From: Halobacteriovoraceae bacterium
GTDB lineage: Bacteria; Bdellovibrionota; Bacteriovoracia; Bacteriovoracales; Bacteriovoracaceae
Assembly: GCA_963719505.1 (NCBI GenBank)
Contig: CAVRCF010000003.1
Span: 288,001-352,000, forward strand
Reading direction: 5' to 3'
Length of the DNA: 64,000 nucleotides
In this document: positions 39,765-50,230 of the stretch, piece by piece
Numbering within the stretch: the stretch's first letter is position 1
How the letters are laid out: each line of letters starts with the position of its first letter
Translations under genes and position numbers: made by a program
The notes under the pieces: generated by a model
Told to the model about the DNA's origin: nothing
Databases searched by the model: none
What the model saw: the letters and a program-made list of their open reading frames with translations, nothing else

Positions 39765-41342
39765 ATGAGAACCTATTTTTTACTATCGATAATCCCAATC
39801 CTTGCGATCACATACGCCTTGGGGCACATCTTAACCGACAGCTTTTGGTACCTGTATATGATTGAGGTTCCCATTTTTGCTTTAGGAATTAGAGACACCC
39901 TTCAAAAAAAGCACACTATTTTAAGAAACTATCCCGTTATTGGTCATTTTCGTTATCTCCTTGAAGAGATAAGACCTGAAATTCAACAGTACTTTATTGA
40001 AAGATATGATGATGGACGTCCCTTTTCTAGGGAACAAAGAAGTACCGTTTACTCACGAGCAAAAAATGAACTTGATACCCAGGCCTTTGGAACTCAAAGG
40101 GATCTCTATGCCATGGGAGTGGAGTGGTTAGAACATTCTATTATTCCAACGGTCTTGCCTGAGTCAGAAGATAGAATCGATGTCGGAGGTTCTGACTGTA
40201 AGGTGCAGTACTCTTGTTCTAGGTTAAACATAAGTGCCATGAGTTATGGCTCTTTAAGTAAGACCGCGATCATGGCCTTAAACTCCGGAGCAAAACAAGG
40301 TGGCTTTTATCACAATACCGGAGAGGGCTCTATCTCTTCTCATCATGAGAAGTTTGGCGGAGATCTCGTTTGGCAAATTGGAACTGGCTACTTTGGCTGT
40401 CGAAACCCCGATGGAACTTTCAACGACGAGATGTTTAAAGAACGTTCTGCTAGTGATCAAGTAAAGATGATTGAATTAAAAATCTCTCAAGGGGCAAAGC
40501 CTGGGCATGGGGGAATTCTTCCCGCTGGAAAGGTGACTGCTGAGATTGCAATGATTAGGGCCGTTGAGATGGGAAAGGATGTGAACTCACCTCCGGGGCA
40601 CACTGAGTTTAATACTCCTACCGGTCTGATTGAATTCATCAAAAGACTTCGCGATCTCTCGGGTGGAAAGCCCGTAGGATTTAAATTATGCATTGGTAAA
40701 AAACGTGAGTTTCATGCTATTTGCAAGGCGATGATTAAGCTCGATATCTATCCTGACTTTATCACTGTGGATGGAGCCGAAGGGGGAACCGGGGCAGCTC
40801 CAAGAGAGTTTTCCAACTCCTTAGGAACACCGCTGAATGCTGCTTTGAACTTTGTGAATAACACATTAATTGGTTGTGATATAAGAGATAAAATTAGAAT
40901 TATCGTCTCAGGAAAGATTATTGATGCCTTTGATATGGCCCGTAAATTTGCCCTTGGAGCAGATATTTGTAATTGCGCTCGGGGGATGATGTTTGCTGTG
41001 GGCTGTATTCAAGCTTTAAAGTGTAACTCCAATGATTGCCCCACGGGAGTGGCCACTCAAGATCCGGCTTTATATAAATTTATTGATGTCCACTCAAAAG
41101 CTAAACGAGTCATGACATATCACCATAAAACGATGAACGAGTTTCATCATCTTTGTTCAGCCGCAGGGGTAACCAAAGTTAAAGACCTCAGCAAAGAGCA
41201 TATTAGAAAAAGAATCCACCAAACAGAAATATCCTCTTACAAAAAGCTTTATCCCACTTTTGAAAAAGGAAGCCTCCTTAATGGGACTTGTATCGATGTC
41301 TTTCAAGAAACCTTTGATGAAGCGGTGGCGGAGAGTTTTTAA
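39765..41342 (+). CDS. FMN-binding glutamate synthase family protein (GltB2-like)
   Basis: ISAMSYGSLS, NTGEG, ELKISQGAKPGHGG, DGAEGGTGAAP, GCIQALKCNSNDCPTGVATQD. Confidence 0.92.
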   Translation: MRTYFLLSIIPILAITYALGHILTDSFWYLYMIEVPIFALGIRDTLQKKHTILRNYPVIGHFRYLLEEIRPEIQQYFIERYDDGRPFSREQRSTVYSRAKNELDTQAFGTQRDLYAMGVEWLEHSIIPTVLPESEDRIDVGGSDCKVQYSCSRLNISAMSYGSLSKTAIMALNSGAKQGGFYHNTGEGSISSHHEKFGGDLVWQIGTGYFGCRNPDGTFNDEMFKERSASDQVKMIELKISQGAKPGHGGILPAGKVTAEIAMIRAVEMGKDVNSPPGHTEFNTPTGLIEFIKRLRDLSGGKPVGFKLCIGKKREFHAICKAMIKLDIYPDFITVDGAEGGTGAAPREFSNSLGTPLNAALNFVNNTLIGCDIRDKIRIIVSGKIIDAFDMARKFALGADICNCARGMMFAVGCIQALKCNSNDCPTGVATQDPALYKFIDVHSKAKRVMTYHHKTMNEFHHLCSAAGVTKVKDLSKEHIRKRIHQTEISSYKKLYPTFEKGSLLNGTCIDVFQETFDEAVAESF

Positions 41343-41569
41343 GGCAATGGTCAAATATTCAAAGAATAAAAACATACCAAAAACTTAGTAAGAGCTCTAT
41401 TGGATAGAAAAATATAAGCATTTTCACTTTGGAAGAGTTTATCAATATGGAAGAATTGGACTTCTTTCTTATCATTATCATGTTTATATTTGATGTTCTT
41501 TATGCTGACAGTTTTCCTCTACAGAGTAGGCAGTCTATGTAATAATCAATTGGTTAGATACACTTAGCA

Positions 41570-42325
41570 TTGGAGCACGATAGTTTGAATAAATGGATCA
41601 GAAAAATCTTAAAGCCAAAATGGTATGAACTGTTACTTATTGGTGTTGTATTTCTTTATGTTGGACTAGTCACGTGGCCTAACTTTTTATTCGATTATCG
41701 CTATCTACATAACTCTTTTCAAGTACACTCAGATGTTGAAGTTAGTGAGAGAGCGCTAGGTAATATTCTTTCAAAGAGTGAAAGATTAATAAAAAAATCG
41801 AAGTTTTATGATTCTAAATATATTCATGATATTTATCTAGTTAGTTCCAACGTCAAATATCGATTACTTGCTTTCACTGCTGGCGATGGCTTTGGCGCAA
41901 GTTATCCGTTAATAAATAATATCTTTATTAATCAATATGATATCGAGCGCGATGAAGTTAGAACAAATAAGACAAAACATAATTTGAGATCTTTAAGTAG
42001 CGTAATTGCACATGAAGCAATCCATTCTCTTGTAGAGAATGACATAGGCTTCTTTAAATTTAAATTTTCACTAAAGAAATGGATAGATGAAGGTTATGCT
42101 GACTATATTGCAAATGAAAGCTCCTTTTCACAAAAGTCTGGAATACAGCTACTCTGCAACGGTAGCACAGATGAGTCGTCTTCATTTCAATATTTCTTGT
42201 ATCGGAAAGCTATTGAATACCTAATTCAGAATGACGAAATAGACGAGAGGTCGTTATTTGAAAAGAAGTTTGATTTCAAACAAACTCTAAGTGGTTTAAA
42301 GCAGTCTACTTGTTCTGTTAAATAG
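41570..42325 (+). CDS. Membrane-anchored putative gluzincin-type zinc metallopeptidase
   Basis: N-terminal TM; AHEAIH (HExxH) with downstream WIDEGYADY. Confidence 0.65.
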   Translation: MEHDSLNKWIRKILKPKWYELLLIGVVFLYVGLVTWPNFLFDYRYLHNSFQVHSDVEVSERALGNILSKSERLIKKSKFYDSKYIHDIYLVSSNVKYRLLAFTAGDGFGASYPLINNIFINQYDIERDEVRTNKTKHNLRSLSSVIAHEAIHSLVENDIGFFKFKFSLKKWIDEGYADYIANESSFSQKSGIQLLCNGSTDESSSFQYFLYRKAIEYLIQNDEIDERSLFEKKFDFKQTLSGLKQSTCSVK

Positions 42326-42679
42326 GTCTTATGAAAGAAATTGTTGTAAGTGGCTTGAAAATCACTTTATACGATAGAATTACAACTCTAAAACTATCCC
42401 GCTCAATATTAATAAGGGGCAACCCAACATCTACTTCATCCACCACGTTTAAAGTACCGCTGGATCTAAAATACAGCCTTCAGGCCACGTTTTAGTGCTT
42501 GGACTCACTTCATGATGGGCAAATTAGTCAGTTGAATCGTGTTCTTTCGCACTCTTAGACCTAAAATTTTTGAAACCGACCAACTTTTGTACACCCTTGG
42601 AAGTTCTTTCAAAAAGGTAAATTAAAAGTCTTTGATATGAGATGATGACTCCAATACTTACAAACTTGGAGATTTTATT

Positions 42680-43630
42680 TTGAAAGTAGCGGCAGCCTTT
42701 ATGATCTTAGCGACAATGATCTCATGCGGAGAGGGCAATTCTAATTCATCGAGTTCAAAAGTTTCAACGACTTCAAATATATTGGTCGATGGAGATTTAC
42801 TCACTAAATATGCGCAAAAATCCATCATTGAATGCTCCTTAAGAGATATTGAGAATAATCCTCTAGACTACTCGGTGCGAGAAAGTGGCTATGGGCAGCG
42901 TTTTGATATCCAAGTCTCTTCTGTGCTTTCAAGAAAAATTACCGATAACCTTCAAAAGAGAGGACTTATTGAAAAAATAACTCCTTCAACATTTTGGAAA
43001 GTTCTAGATTCAAACTTGAAAAAAGAGCTTAATGAAGTTTTGGTTGAATCAGATATAAAGAGAAGCTATGAGGATTTTTTAAGACTACAACAAGAAGTGG
43101 CATTTGCTTATACTGTTTATGTAGAGAATCCAACTTATAATGATGGTTATAGAATTGAAATGAGTGATGGACGTAAAACTCTAATGGCCTTTACGGAGTA
43201 TACAAAAGCGGTGAGAAGTATCTCTCCTTGTGAAAACTTTGAAATGAACTCTGTTGAAGTTGACACGAATTTACTCAAACCCGCTGACATTACGGCAAGA
43301 GTTAGCTGTCAGAATAAAGATGGCGAAAGACTTCTGATAGACGAATACAAAAATAAAGACATCTTCTTATCTGTTAATGCAAATGAGATCATAGAAAACT
43401 TTATGTTTAGAACTAAGCAGCTTCAGATCTATAAAGATTCAAGAAACTCCAGAGAACTTATCTATGCGGGGGATTTTAATTACGATTATCTCTTCTTTGA
43501 TATCGATAAAGTTCATTCTAGCAAACCAAACTCAATAGAGAGAATCGATCTTCAGATTTATCCAACGGGTAGTGAAGCCGTTGAGGTTAATAAGCTTGAT
43601 TGTATAACAATAAAAGAGCTGACACTCTAG
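42680..43630 (+). CDS. Hypothetical lipoprotein
   Basis: Lipobox-like MISC followed by a Ser/Asn-rich linker; GGAG RBS before TTG. Confidence 0.7.
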   Translation: MKVAAAFMILATMISCGEGNSNSSSSKVSTTSNILVDGDLLTKYAQKSIIECSLRDIENNPLDYSVRESGYGQRFDIQVSSVLSRKITDNLQKRGLIEKITPSTFWKVLDSNLKKELNEVLVESDIKRSYEDFLRLQQEVAFAYTVYVENPTYNDGYRIEMSDGRKTLMAFTEYTKAVRSISPCENFEMNSVEVDTNLLKPADITARVSCQNKDGERLLIDEYKNKDIFLSVNANEIIENFMFRTKQLQIYKDSRNSRELIYAGDFNYDYLFFDIDKVHSSKPNSIERIDLQIYPTGSEAVEVNKLDCITIKELTL

Positions 43631-46266
43631 TTGAGTGTCTGCTTTATCTCATGAAGTTTTTGAATGGCCTGCATTGGTGTCATATTCATTAGATCTAGCT
43701 TCTCAATCTGCTCTATAATGGGATTCGACTCATACGAGACTGCAGCCACGGCATTAAACATATCGATTTGGGGTTTCACTGAAGCTTCTAAAACATCATT
43801 TGCATGATTATGATTTTTTTCAAGTTTCGATAATATCTCTGTCGACCTTTTTAGAATTGAGTTTGGAAGTCCGGCCAGTTTGGCGACATGAATACCAAAA
43901 CTCTGAGCCGCGCCTTCTTCAATAAGTTGATAGAGGAATTGAACATTTCCATTTTCATTAACTGTTTTTACCGTGAGGTTTTTGGCTTCAACTAATGTGT
44001 CCACGAGATCAATGAGTTCATGATAGTGAGTCGAGAATAAAGTTAGAGCTTTTGTGTCTTTCACAAAATGCTCAACCAAAGACCACGCGATACTTAGACC
44101 ATCGTAGGTTGACGTTCCTCTTCCGATTTCATCAAGAATAATAAGGGACTCGTCAGTTGCGTGTCGAAGAATTTCAGCGGTTTCACTCATCTCAACCATA
44201 AAAGTCGATTGACCTTTGATAATGTCATCACTGGCACCGAGGCGGCTGAAGATATAGTCACAAAGACTAACCTCTGCGCTAGAAGCCGGAACAAATGAGC
44301 CCACTTGCGTGAGAAATTGAATAATGGCGACTTCTCTCATGACGGTTGTCTTACCGGCCATGTTTGGCCCCGTGATAAGTCCAAAAAACTTTTTGGCATC
44401 GAGATTAATATCGTGTTTAACAAACTGATCTTTAATAGCCGACTTTATAAGAGGATGCCACCCTTGGTGAATATGAATATTCTTTTTCTTGTTCGATAAC
44501 TGTGGTTTTACAAAGTCTTCTTGGAAGGCAGCCCACGCGAAGGATTGAAAAACGTCAATAAGAGCGAGAGCATTTGCCAGATTTAAAATCGTCTGAGAGT
44601 TACTTTGAACAGACTTTACGATCGTATCAAAAATTTGCCTCTCAAGTTTAGACAGCTTATCTTTGGCCGTAATCATCTCTTTTTCAAACTCAGCAAGTTC
44701 AGGCGAGAGGTACCTCTCAGAGTTAACGAGAGTTTGACGTCTAACAAATTCAGGAGGAACTTTACTTGTATGAGACTTACTTATCTCAATAAAATATCCC
44801 GCAACATTATTATGTTTAACTTTTAAATTGGGTATTTTCGTCTCTTTACGGTAACGAGATTCTAGATCAATCAGAGACTCAGTGGCATTTGTTGTGAGCT
44901 TTGCAAGTCTATCGCGCTCTTTATTTGCTCCGGGCTTGATAAGATTACCCTTATCTAAATTGGCTCCTATTTCATCATTGATCGTTTTAAAAATTTCATT
45001 TTCAAGATCACTTAGAGCAGACAATTCTTTTTTTGAAAAGACGGGAAGAACTTTTGGAAGACCTTTTAAGCTGTTCATAATATCAGTAAAAGAGATATTC
45101 GCTTTGGCCAAATTTAAAAGATCGCCCCCGTTGACTTTACCTGTTGTCACTTTGGCCATAATTCTTTCAAGGTCGCGGATATCTGAGAGACTGTCGCGAG
45201 TGTCTTCAAGTTTATTATGGTGATCTAAGAAAAACTGAATCGTTTTTTGTCTTTCAATTATTTTTGCTCTTGATCGAAGTGGTGATTGGAAAATAGATTT
45301 GAGTTTTCGCGTTCCCATCGATGTTCTGGTGTGATCCATAAATCCCACGATACTGGATTTATAATCATCTCTGTGCTTTGGAAAGATCTCAAGGCCCACA
45401 AGGGTAGGATAGGTGATCTTCATATCGTCTTCAGAATTTAAAAGCTGAAAAGGTCTAAAGTGGTTAAGCTCTTCAACTGATTGAGTTGAGCAGATATAAT
45501 AACTTAAAGCCCCAATTGGATTAATGATTTCCCCGTGAAGCTTTAGAATCTGATCTCTTTTATAGCTTGGAATAAGTTTTTCAATATAGAGACTTGTGAA
45601 TTTTTCTACGAAGTAGTCTTCACTTAAATGAGTTTTCAAAATACTTTCACGGCTTAGGTATTCGCTCATGGCTTTCGAGTGATCCCATTGTCCAAGAAAG
45701 GTGATGAATTCTTTTGGACGATAGATATTAAGCTTCTCTAGAAGTGACTCTTCACTCTCTGTGCAAAGACCAAAGAAGTCGCCAGTGGTGTAGTCAACAA
45801 ATGTGAGGTAATAGGCGTTCTCACCTTTAAAGGCTGAGGCCATAAAACTATTTTCCACTTTTGAGCTTTTATCAAGATCATAAGGCATACCGGGACTCAC
45901 CACTTGGGTCACAGCTCTTTTAACGATTCCTTTGGCAAGTTTTGGGTCTTCGACTTGCTCACAGATAGCAACTTTCATTCCCATCGCTGTTAGGCGATCG
46001 ATATACGTTCCCGCTGCATGATGAGGCATTCCGGCCATAGGGATTCTATGCTCACCGAGCTTTCCTCTATGAGTAAGGGATATATTTAAAAGACGAGAAG
46101 CATTCACCGCATCTTCAAAGAAGACTTCATAAAAATCTCCCATGCGAAACATGAGAAGAATTCCAGGGTACTGACGTCTTATATTATAATATTGCTCCAT
46201 CATCGGAGTGAGTTTTACTCCCGACTCAACAATTTCCTTAAGCGTTATCCCTTTTGTCTTAGACAT
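43627..46266 (-). CDS. mutS: DNA mismatch repair protein MutS
   Basis: TPMMEQY, FRMGDFYE, GPNMAGKT, STFMVEM, DEIGRGTST, SFGIHVAKLAG. Confidence 0.98.
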   Translation of the reverse strand: MSKTKGITLKEIVESGVKLTPMMEQYYNIRRQYPGILLMFRMGDFYEVFFEDAVNASRLLNISLTHRGKLGEHRIPMAGMPHHAAGTYIDRLTAMGMKVAICEQVEDPKLAKGIVKRAVTQVVSPGMPYDLDKSSKVENSFMASAFKGENAYYLTFVDYTTGDFFGLCTESEESLLEKLNIYRPKEFITFLGQWDHSKAMSEYLSRESILKTHLSEDYFVEKFTSLYIEKLIPSYKRDQILKLHGEIINPIGALSYYICSTQSVEELNHFRPFQLLNSEDDMKITYPTLVGLEIFPKHRDDYKSSIVGFMDHTRTSMGTRKLKSIFQSPLRSRAKIIERQKTIQFFLDHHNKLEDTRDSLSDIRDLERIMAKVTTGKVNGGDLLNLAKANISFTDIMNSLKGLPKVLPVFSKKELSALSDLENEIFKTINDEIGANLDKGNLIKPGANKERDRLAKLTTNATESLIDLESRYRKETKIPNLKVKHNNVAGYFIEISKSHTSKVPPEFVRRQTLVNSERYLSPELAEFEKEMITAKDKLSKLERQIFDTIVKSVQSNSQTILNLANALALIDVFQSFAWAAFQEDFVKPQLSNKKKNIHIHQGWHPLIKSAIKDQFVKHDINLDAKKFFGLITGPNMAGKTTVMREVAIIQFLTQVGSFVPASSAEVSLCDYIFSRLGASDDIIKGQSTFMVEMSETAEILRHATDESLIILDEIGRGTSTYDGLSIAWSLVEHFVKDTKALTLFSTHYHELIDLVDTLVEAKNLTVKTVNENGNVQFLYQLIEEGAAQSFGIHVAKLAGLPNSILKRSTEILSKLEKNHNHANDVLEASVKPQIDMFNAVAAVSYESNPIIEQIEKLDLMNMTPMQAIQKLHEIKQTLN

Positions 46267-46458
46267 AGTGTGCTTCCCTTAATTTCAATGACTTGTGTGT
46301 TGTGTGTGGCTTTAAAACTATCATATCTTGATTAAAACAGTCAAAAGATATGCTGGTGGGGCCAGTAAAAATATAGATAAGTTGTTGAAATAAGGGAGGA
46401 AACATTCTGAGATCTAGGGTATACTGGCTTAACGATAAACGTTCAATATGGATATGGA

Positions 46459-47439
46459 ATGGTTAATACTCGCTCTTTCAATATAATTATAGTTTTTGCT
46501 GTTTTGACGGCCATTGTTCTTTTTCAATCTTTTAATGTCAGCAGAAAAAATCAGGCTGCTCAAATTCCTATCGAAATAGAAAAAGATCAAGAAACTGAAT
46601 TTATCAATTTAAAATACTTCTCGGTTGAAGACGCAAAACCCGCGCTAAATATAAATGCCGATGTCTTAAAAATGATTAATAACACCAATTTAAATTTCCA
46701 AAACCCTAAGGGATTTCTTTTTAACGAAACTGGAGACAAGCTCAACTACGAAGCGAACCTTGGAAGTTACCGAGGCGAGCAAAAAGAGCTTAACTTGATG
46801 GGGGAAGTTAATATTGAAAATATAAAGGGGAGTCATCAATCGGATCGTGTTTTTTATAGCGGCAAGAAAAAATTCTTTGAAGCCAGTGGAGCTGTAAAAT
46901 CGAGGATGAATGATTTGAAAACGAAAGACTCTATCCTTATTGAATCAAACTCTATGTACTCATGGATCAATAGTGGAAGGTCGGTCTTCTCAGGGGATGT
47001 TAAGGGCAAAGTAAAGAGGCGAAGAATTTATGAAGAAAGCTTTGATTTTATGTCGGATCAACTAGAACTCAACCAGTTGAATTCACTTGTAACCCTTACT
47101 AACAACGTGAAATTAGATAGAAACAATTATCATTTAGAAGCAAGAAAAGCCGAAATATTTTTAGAAAACTACAACAAAAAGCTCAAGTATTACGTTCTTT
47201 ATGACGATATTAAGTTAGTTGAAAGACTTGTGCTTAGAGATGGGAAGACCCAATTGAGACGAGCTTTCTCAGAAAAACTGGAAGGTTATATGAGTGAGGC
47301 TAAAGTTGTTTTAAGTGGAGCACCCAGAGTTGAACAAGGTAACGACCTGATAAAGGGATACCAGATCACACTAAGAGAGAATGTCGAACTCGTTGAGGTT
47401 GATGATTCACAATCAAGTTTTGAACTTAAAAGGAATTAA
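46459..47439 (+). CDS. lptC: LPS transport protein, LptC-LptA-like fusion
   Basis: N-terminal TM, extended beta-jellyroll-type sequence ending VVLSGAPRVEQGNDLIKGYQI (LptA/OstA-like); directly upstream of lptB. Confidence 0.75.
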   Translation: MVNTRSFNIIIVFAVLTAIVLFQSFNVSRKNQAAQIPIEIEKDQETEFINLKYFSVEDAKPALNINADVLKMINNTNLNFQNPKGFLFNETGDKLNYEANLGSYRGEQKELNLMGEVNIENIKGSHQSDRVFYSGKKKFFEASGAVKSRMNDLKTKDSILIESNSMYSWINSGRSVFSGDVKGKVKRRRIYEESFDFMSDQLELNQLNSLVTLTNNVKLDRNNYHLEARKAEIFLENYNKKLKYYVLYDDIKLVERLVLRDGKTQLRRAFSEKLEGYMSEAKVVLSGAPRVEQGNDLIKGYQITLRENVELVEVDDSQSSFELKRN

Positions 47440-47442
47440 AAA

Positions 47443-48168
47443 ATGGAAGCAAGCTTTCATGCAAGAGAATTAAAAAAAGTTTACGGCGGCCGAGCGGTTG
47501 TTAAGAACGTAAGTATAGATGTGGAAAGAGGACAAGTCGTTGGACTCCTTGGACCAAATGGAGCTGGAAAAACAACCTCATTTTATATGATGGTTGGGCT
47601 AGTAAAAGCCGATAACGGTTTTATTAAATTAAACGGCGAAGATATTACGAAGCTTCCACTGCACGAAAGAGCAAGAAAAGGCGTTGGTTATCTTCCTCAA
47701 GAGGCTTCGGTCTTTAGAGAACTGAGCGTTGAAGAAAATATTTACTCTGTTTTAGAAATTAGAAAAATTTTTAAAAACGAGAAAAAAAATATGCTTGAGA
47801 GATTGATTAAGGACTTTGGATTAAATCATATTAGAAAATCTAAAGGACGTGAACTCTCAGGTGGAGAAAGAAGAAGAGTTGAGATTGCGAGATGTTTGGC
47901 ACTAGAGCCGGCATTTGTTCTTTTAGATGAACCGTTTGCAGGAGTTGATCCACTAGCGGTAAGTGATATCCAAAAGATCATAACGGAATTGAAACAAAGA
48001 AATATCGGGGTCTTAATTACAGATCATAGTGTTAGGGAAACGCTAGGAATTGTCGATAAGGCTTATATAATGAGTGCCGGTGAATTACTTGTCAGTGGCA
48101 CCCCCGATGAGATTGTAAACTCTGAGGTAGCGAGAAAGTTTTATCTTGGAGAAGAATTTAAAATGTAA
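47443..48168 (+). CDS. lptB: LPS export ABC transporter ATP-binding protein
   Basis: GLLGPNGAGKTTSFYM, GYLPQEASVFR, LSGGERRRVEIAR, LDEPFAGVDP, ITDH, YLGEEF. Confidence 0.96.
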   Translation: MEASFHARELKKVYGGRAVVKNVSIDVERGQVVGLLGPNGAGKTTSFYMMVGLVKADNGFIKLNGEDITKLPLHERARKGVGYLPQEASVFRELSVEENIYSVLEIRKIFKNEKKNMLERLIKDFGLNHIRKSKGRELSGGERRRVEIARCLALEPAFVLLDEPFAGVDPLAVSDIQKIITELKQRNIGVLITDHSVRETLGIVDKAYIMSAGELLVSGTPDEIVNSEVARKFYLGEEFKM

Positions 48169-48228
48169 TACCACACGCACACACATCTGTAGCAACAGAG
48201 CGAGAGGTATTTTAAATAGGGAGAAATT

Positions 48229-49680
48229 ATGGCTAAGATGTCACTAGGTCTTAAGCAATCACAAAGTTTGATGATGACGCCGCAACTGCAGCAAGCCATC
48301 AAGCTACTTACACTCACTCACCTTGAGATGACGAATGTAATTGCCAAAGAGATGGTCGAAAATCCGATGCTTGAAGAAACAGGCGGAGAGTCTTCGATGA
48401 AAGAAGTCGAAAGTCGAAAAGCTGAAACTCAAGAAAAAAGCTCTGATGACTTTTCTGGTCCTGAGCTGGTTGAAGGTGGAAAAGATAACTTCGATTGGGA
48501 TAAGTACATCGATGGTTATAATAACTCTTCTTCTACTCCTTATACAAAAGAGAACTTTTCAAAAGACGACGGGCCAAACTATGAAAACATGGTCTCAAAA
48601 GGCGACAACCTTCAAGAACATCTTGAGTGGCAACTTCGTATGGAGAACCTCACTGAAGAAGAGTGGAAGTTTGCTCGTGGAATCATTCATAATCTTAATG
48701 ATGAAGGTTATCTTGATGAAGAACTAAGTGCGCTGTTAAGTGAGTGTAAGCTTCATGAAGAGGACGCCTTAGAAATACTGAAAATGATTCAGCACCTCGA
48801 CCCAGTCGGATGTGCTGCAAAAGATTTACAAGAGTGTCTCCTCATTCAAGCACGCGCTCTTGAAGAGCCAGTACCTCTTGTAAATCTTATTTTAAAAAAT
48901 CATCTTGATCATCTGATCAATAAAGATCATTCAGCGATTGCAAAAGAGCTGGGAGTTGAAATCGAGCAGATTAAAGATGCAGAGATGATTATTCATACTT
49001 TTCATCCAAAGCCTGGACGCCTCATCAACCCTGAGGAAACTCAGTATGTTGTGCCTGATATTTATGTCAAAAATATCGGTGGTGTACCAACAGTTCAATT
49101 AAATGATGAGGGCGTTCCGACACTGAAGGTGTCAAAGTTATACCAAAGTTTACTTAAGCAAGGTGCCGCAGCTAAAGATGATGAAACAAGCGAGTACGTG
49201 CAAGAAAAATTAAGATCTGCTCTATGGTTAATAAAATCTATTGAGAACAGACAAAAGACGATCGAAAAGGTTGCGATTGCAATCGTCAAGTATCAGCCAG
49301 AGTTCTTTAAAAAGGGTGTGGCTTACATGAAACCAATGATCTTAAAGGATATCGCCAATGAGATCGGAATGCATGAATCGACGGTTTCAAGAGTCACGAC
49401 AAATAAATTTATGCACACTCCACTTGGAACGTTTGAACTTAAGTTTTTCTTTAACGCTGGTATCGGTGGAAAGAATGGTGGAATCGATATTGCAAGTGAA
49501 AGCTTAAAGCTCAAGATTAAAGAGCTTATTTCTAAGGAAGATACAAAAAAACCTTTATCGGATCAGAAGATTGCCGATATACTAAGTAAGAGCGATATTA
49601 AAGTAGCAAGAAGAACAGTTGCCAAGTACCGCGAGAGCATGGATATCCTTCCATCCTCAAAAAGAAAAAATGCTAGCTAG
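48229..49680 (+). CDS. rpoN: RNA polymerase sigma54 factor
   Basis: MTPQLQQAIKLL, HESTVSRVT and RpoN box ARRTVAKYRE. Confidence 0.97.
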   Translation: MAKMSLGLKQSQSLMMTPQLQQAIKLLTLTHLEMTNVIAKEMVENPMLEETGGESSMKEVESRKAETQEKSSDDFSGPELVEGGKDNFDWDKYIDGYNNSSSTPYTKENFSKDDGPNYENMVSKGDNLQEHLEWQLRMENLTEEEWKFARGIIHNLNDEGYLDEELSALLSECKLHEEDALEILKMIQHLDPVGCAAKDLQECLLIQARALEEPVPLVNLILKNHLDHLINKDHSAIAKELGVEIEQIKDAEMIIHTFHPKPGRLINPEETQYVVPDIYVKNIGGVPTVQLNDEGVPTLKVSKLYQSLLKQGAAAKDDETSEYVQEKLRSALWLIKSIENRQKTIEKVAIAIVKYQPEFFKKGVAYMKPMILKDIANEIGMHESTVSRVTTNKFMHTPLGTFELKFFFNAGIGGKNGGIDIASESLKLKIKELISKEDTKKPLSDQKIADILSKSDIKVARRTVAKYRESMDILPSSKRKNAS

Positions 49681-49760
49681 AAAAAAAGGAGAGTCAGTAT
49701 TAAATAAAAAACTATGAGAACAAAAATTAACCAAAAACTTTAAAGAAAAAAGAGGCACGT

Positions 49761-50150
49761 ATGAAAATAGTTAGTTCTTTTAAACATCTTGAACACACTC
49801 CGGCACTTGATGAAAAAATCGAAGCCAAGTCACAGAAGTTAAAGAAGTTTTTTGAAGGTAATTTTGAAGTCCACTGGACATGTTTTGTAAGAGATGGAAA
49901 ACAATGGGCAGATGTTAAAGTTATTGGACCTCAGTTTGAGTATCACGCCAGTGCGCACGCGGACTCACTCTACAAGACACTTGATCTTGTCATCGCAAAA
50001 GTTGAAAAACAAATTCACAAGAAAAAATCTAAATGGAAAAATCATATATCTCAAAAACATAAACACCCTGTTAAAGAGCAACAACTTGCTCAATCTGAAT
50101 GGGATGAGAAGTTTTGGGAAGATAAACAAATTGAAGAAATCGCCTCTTAG
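49761..50150 (+). CDS. hpf: Ribosome hibernation promoting factor (HPF/RaiA)
   Basis: FKHLEHTPALDEKI...DSLYKTLDLVIAKVEKQI; follows rpoN. Confidence 0.88.
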   Translation: MKIVSSFKHLEHTPALDEKIEAKSQKLKKFFEGNFEVHWTCFVRDGKQWADVKVIGPQFEYHASAHADSLYKTLDLVIAKVEKQIHKKKSKWKNHISQKHKHPVKEQQLAQSEWDEKFWEDKQIEEIAS

Positions 50151-50175
50151 ATTTCCCAATCTAAGAAATAATATT

Positions 50176-50204
50176 AAAGCCACCTGCAATGGGTGGCTTT
50201 TTTT
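50176..50204 (+). terminator. Intrinsic terminator
   Basis: AAAGCCACC/GGTGGCTTT stem plus T run. Confidence 0.82.
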
Positions 50205-50230
50205 ACGTTTGAGTTAAGAAAAGGAAAAGA

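Noticed and set aside
41552-42324. GTTAGAT and GTTAAAT (GTTRRRY) near both ends of the peptidase-like gene, suggesting integron cassettes
   Set aside because: No matching RYYYAAC inverse core, no attC-like palindrome and no integrase; such 7-mers are common in AT-rich DNA
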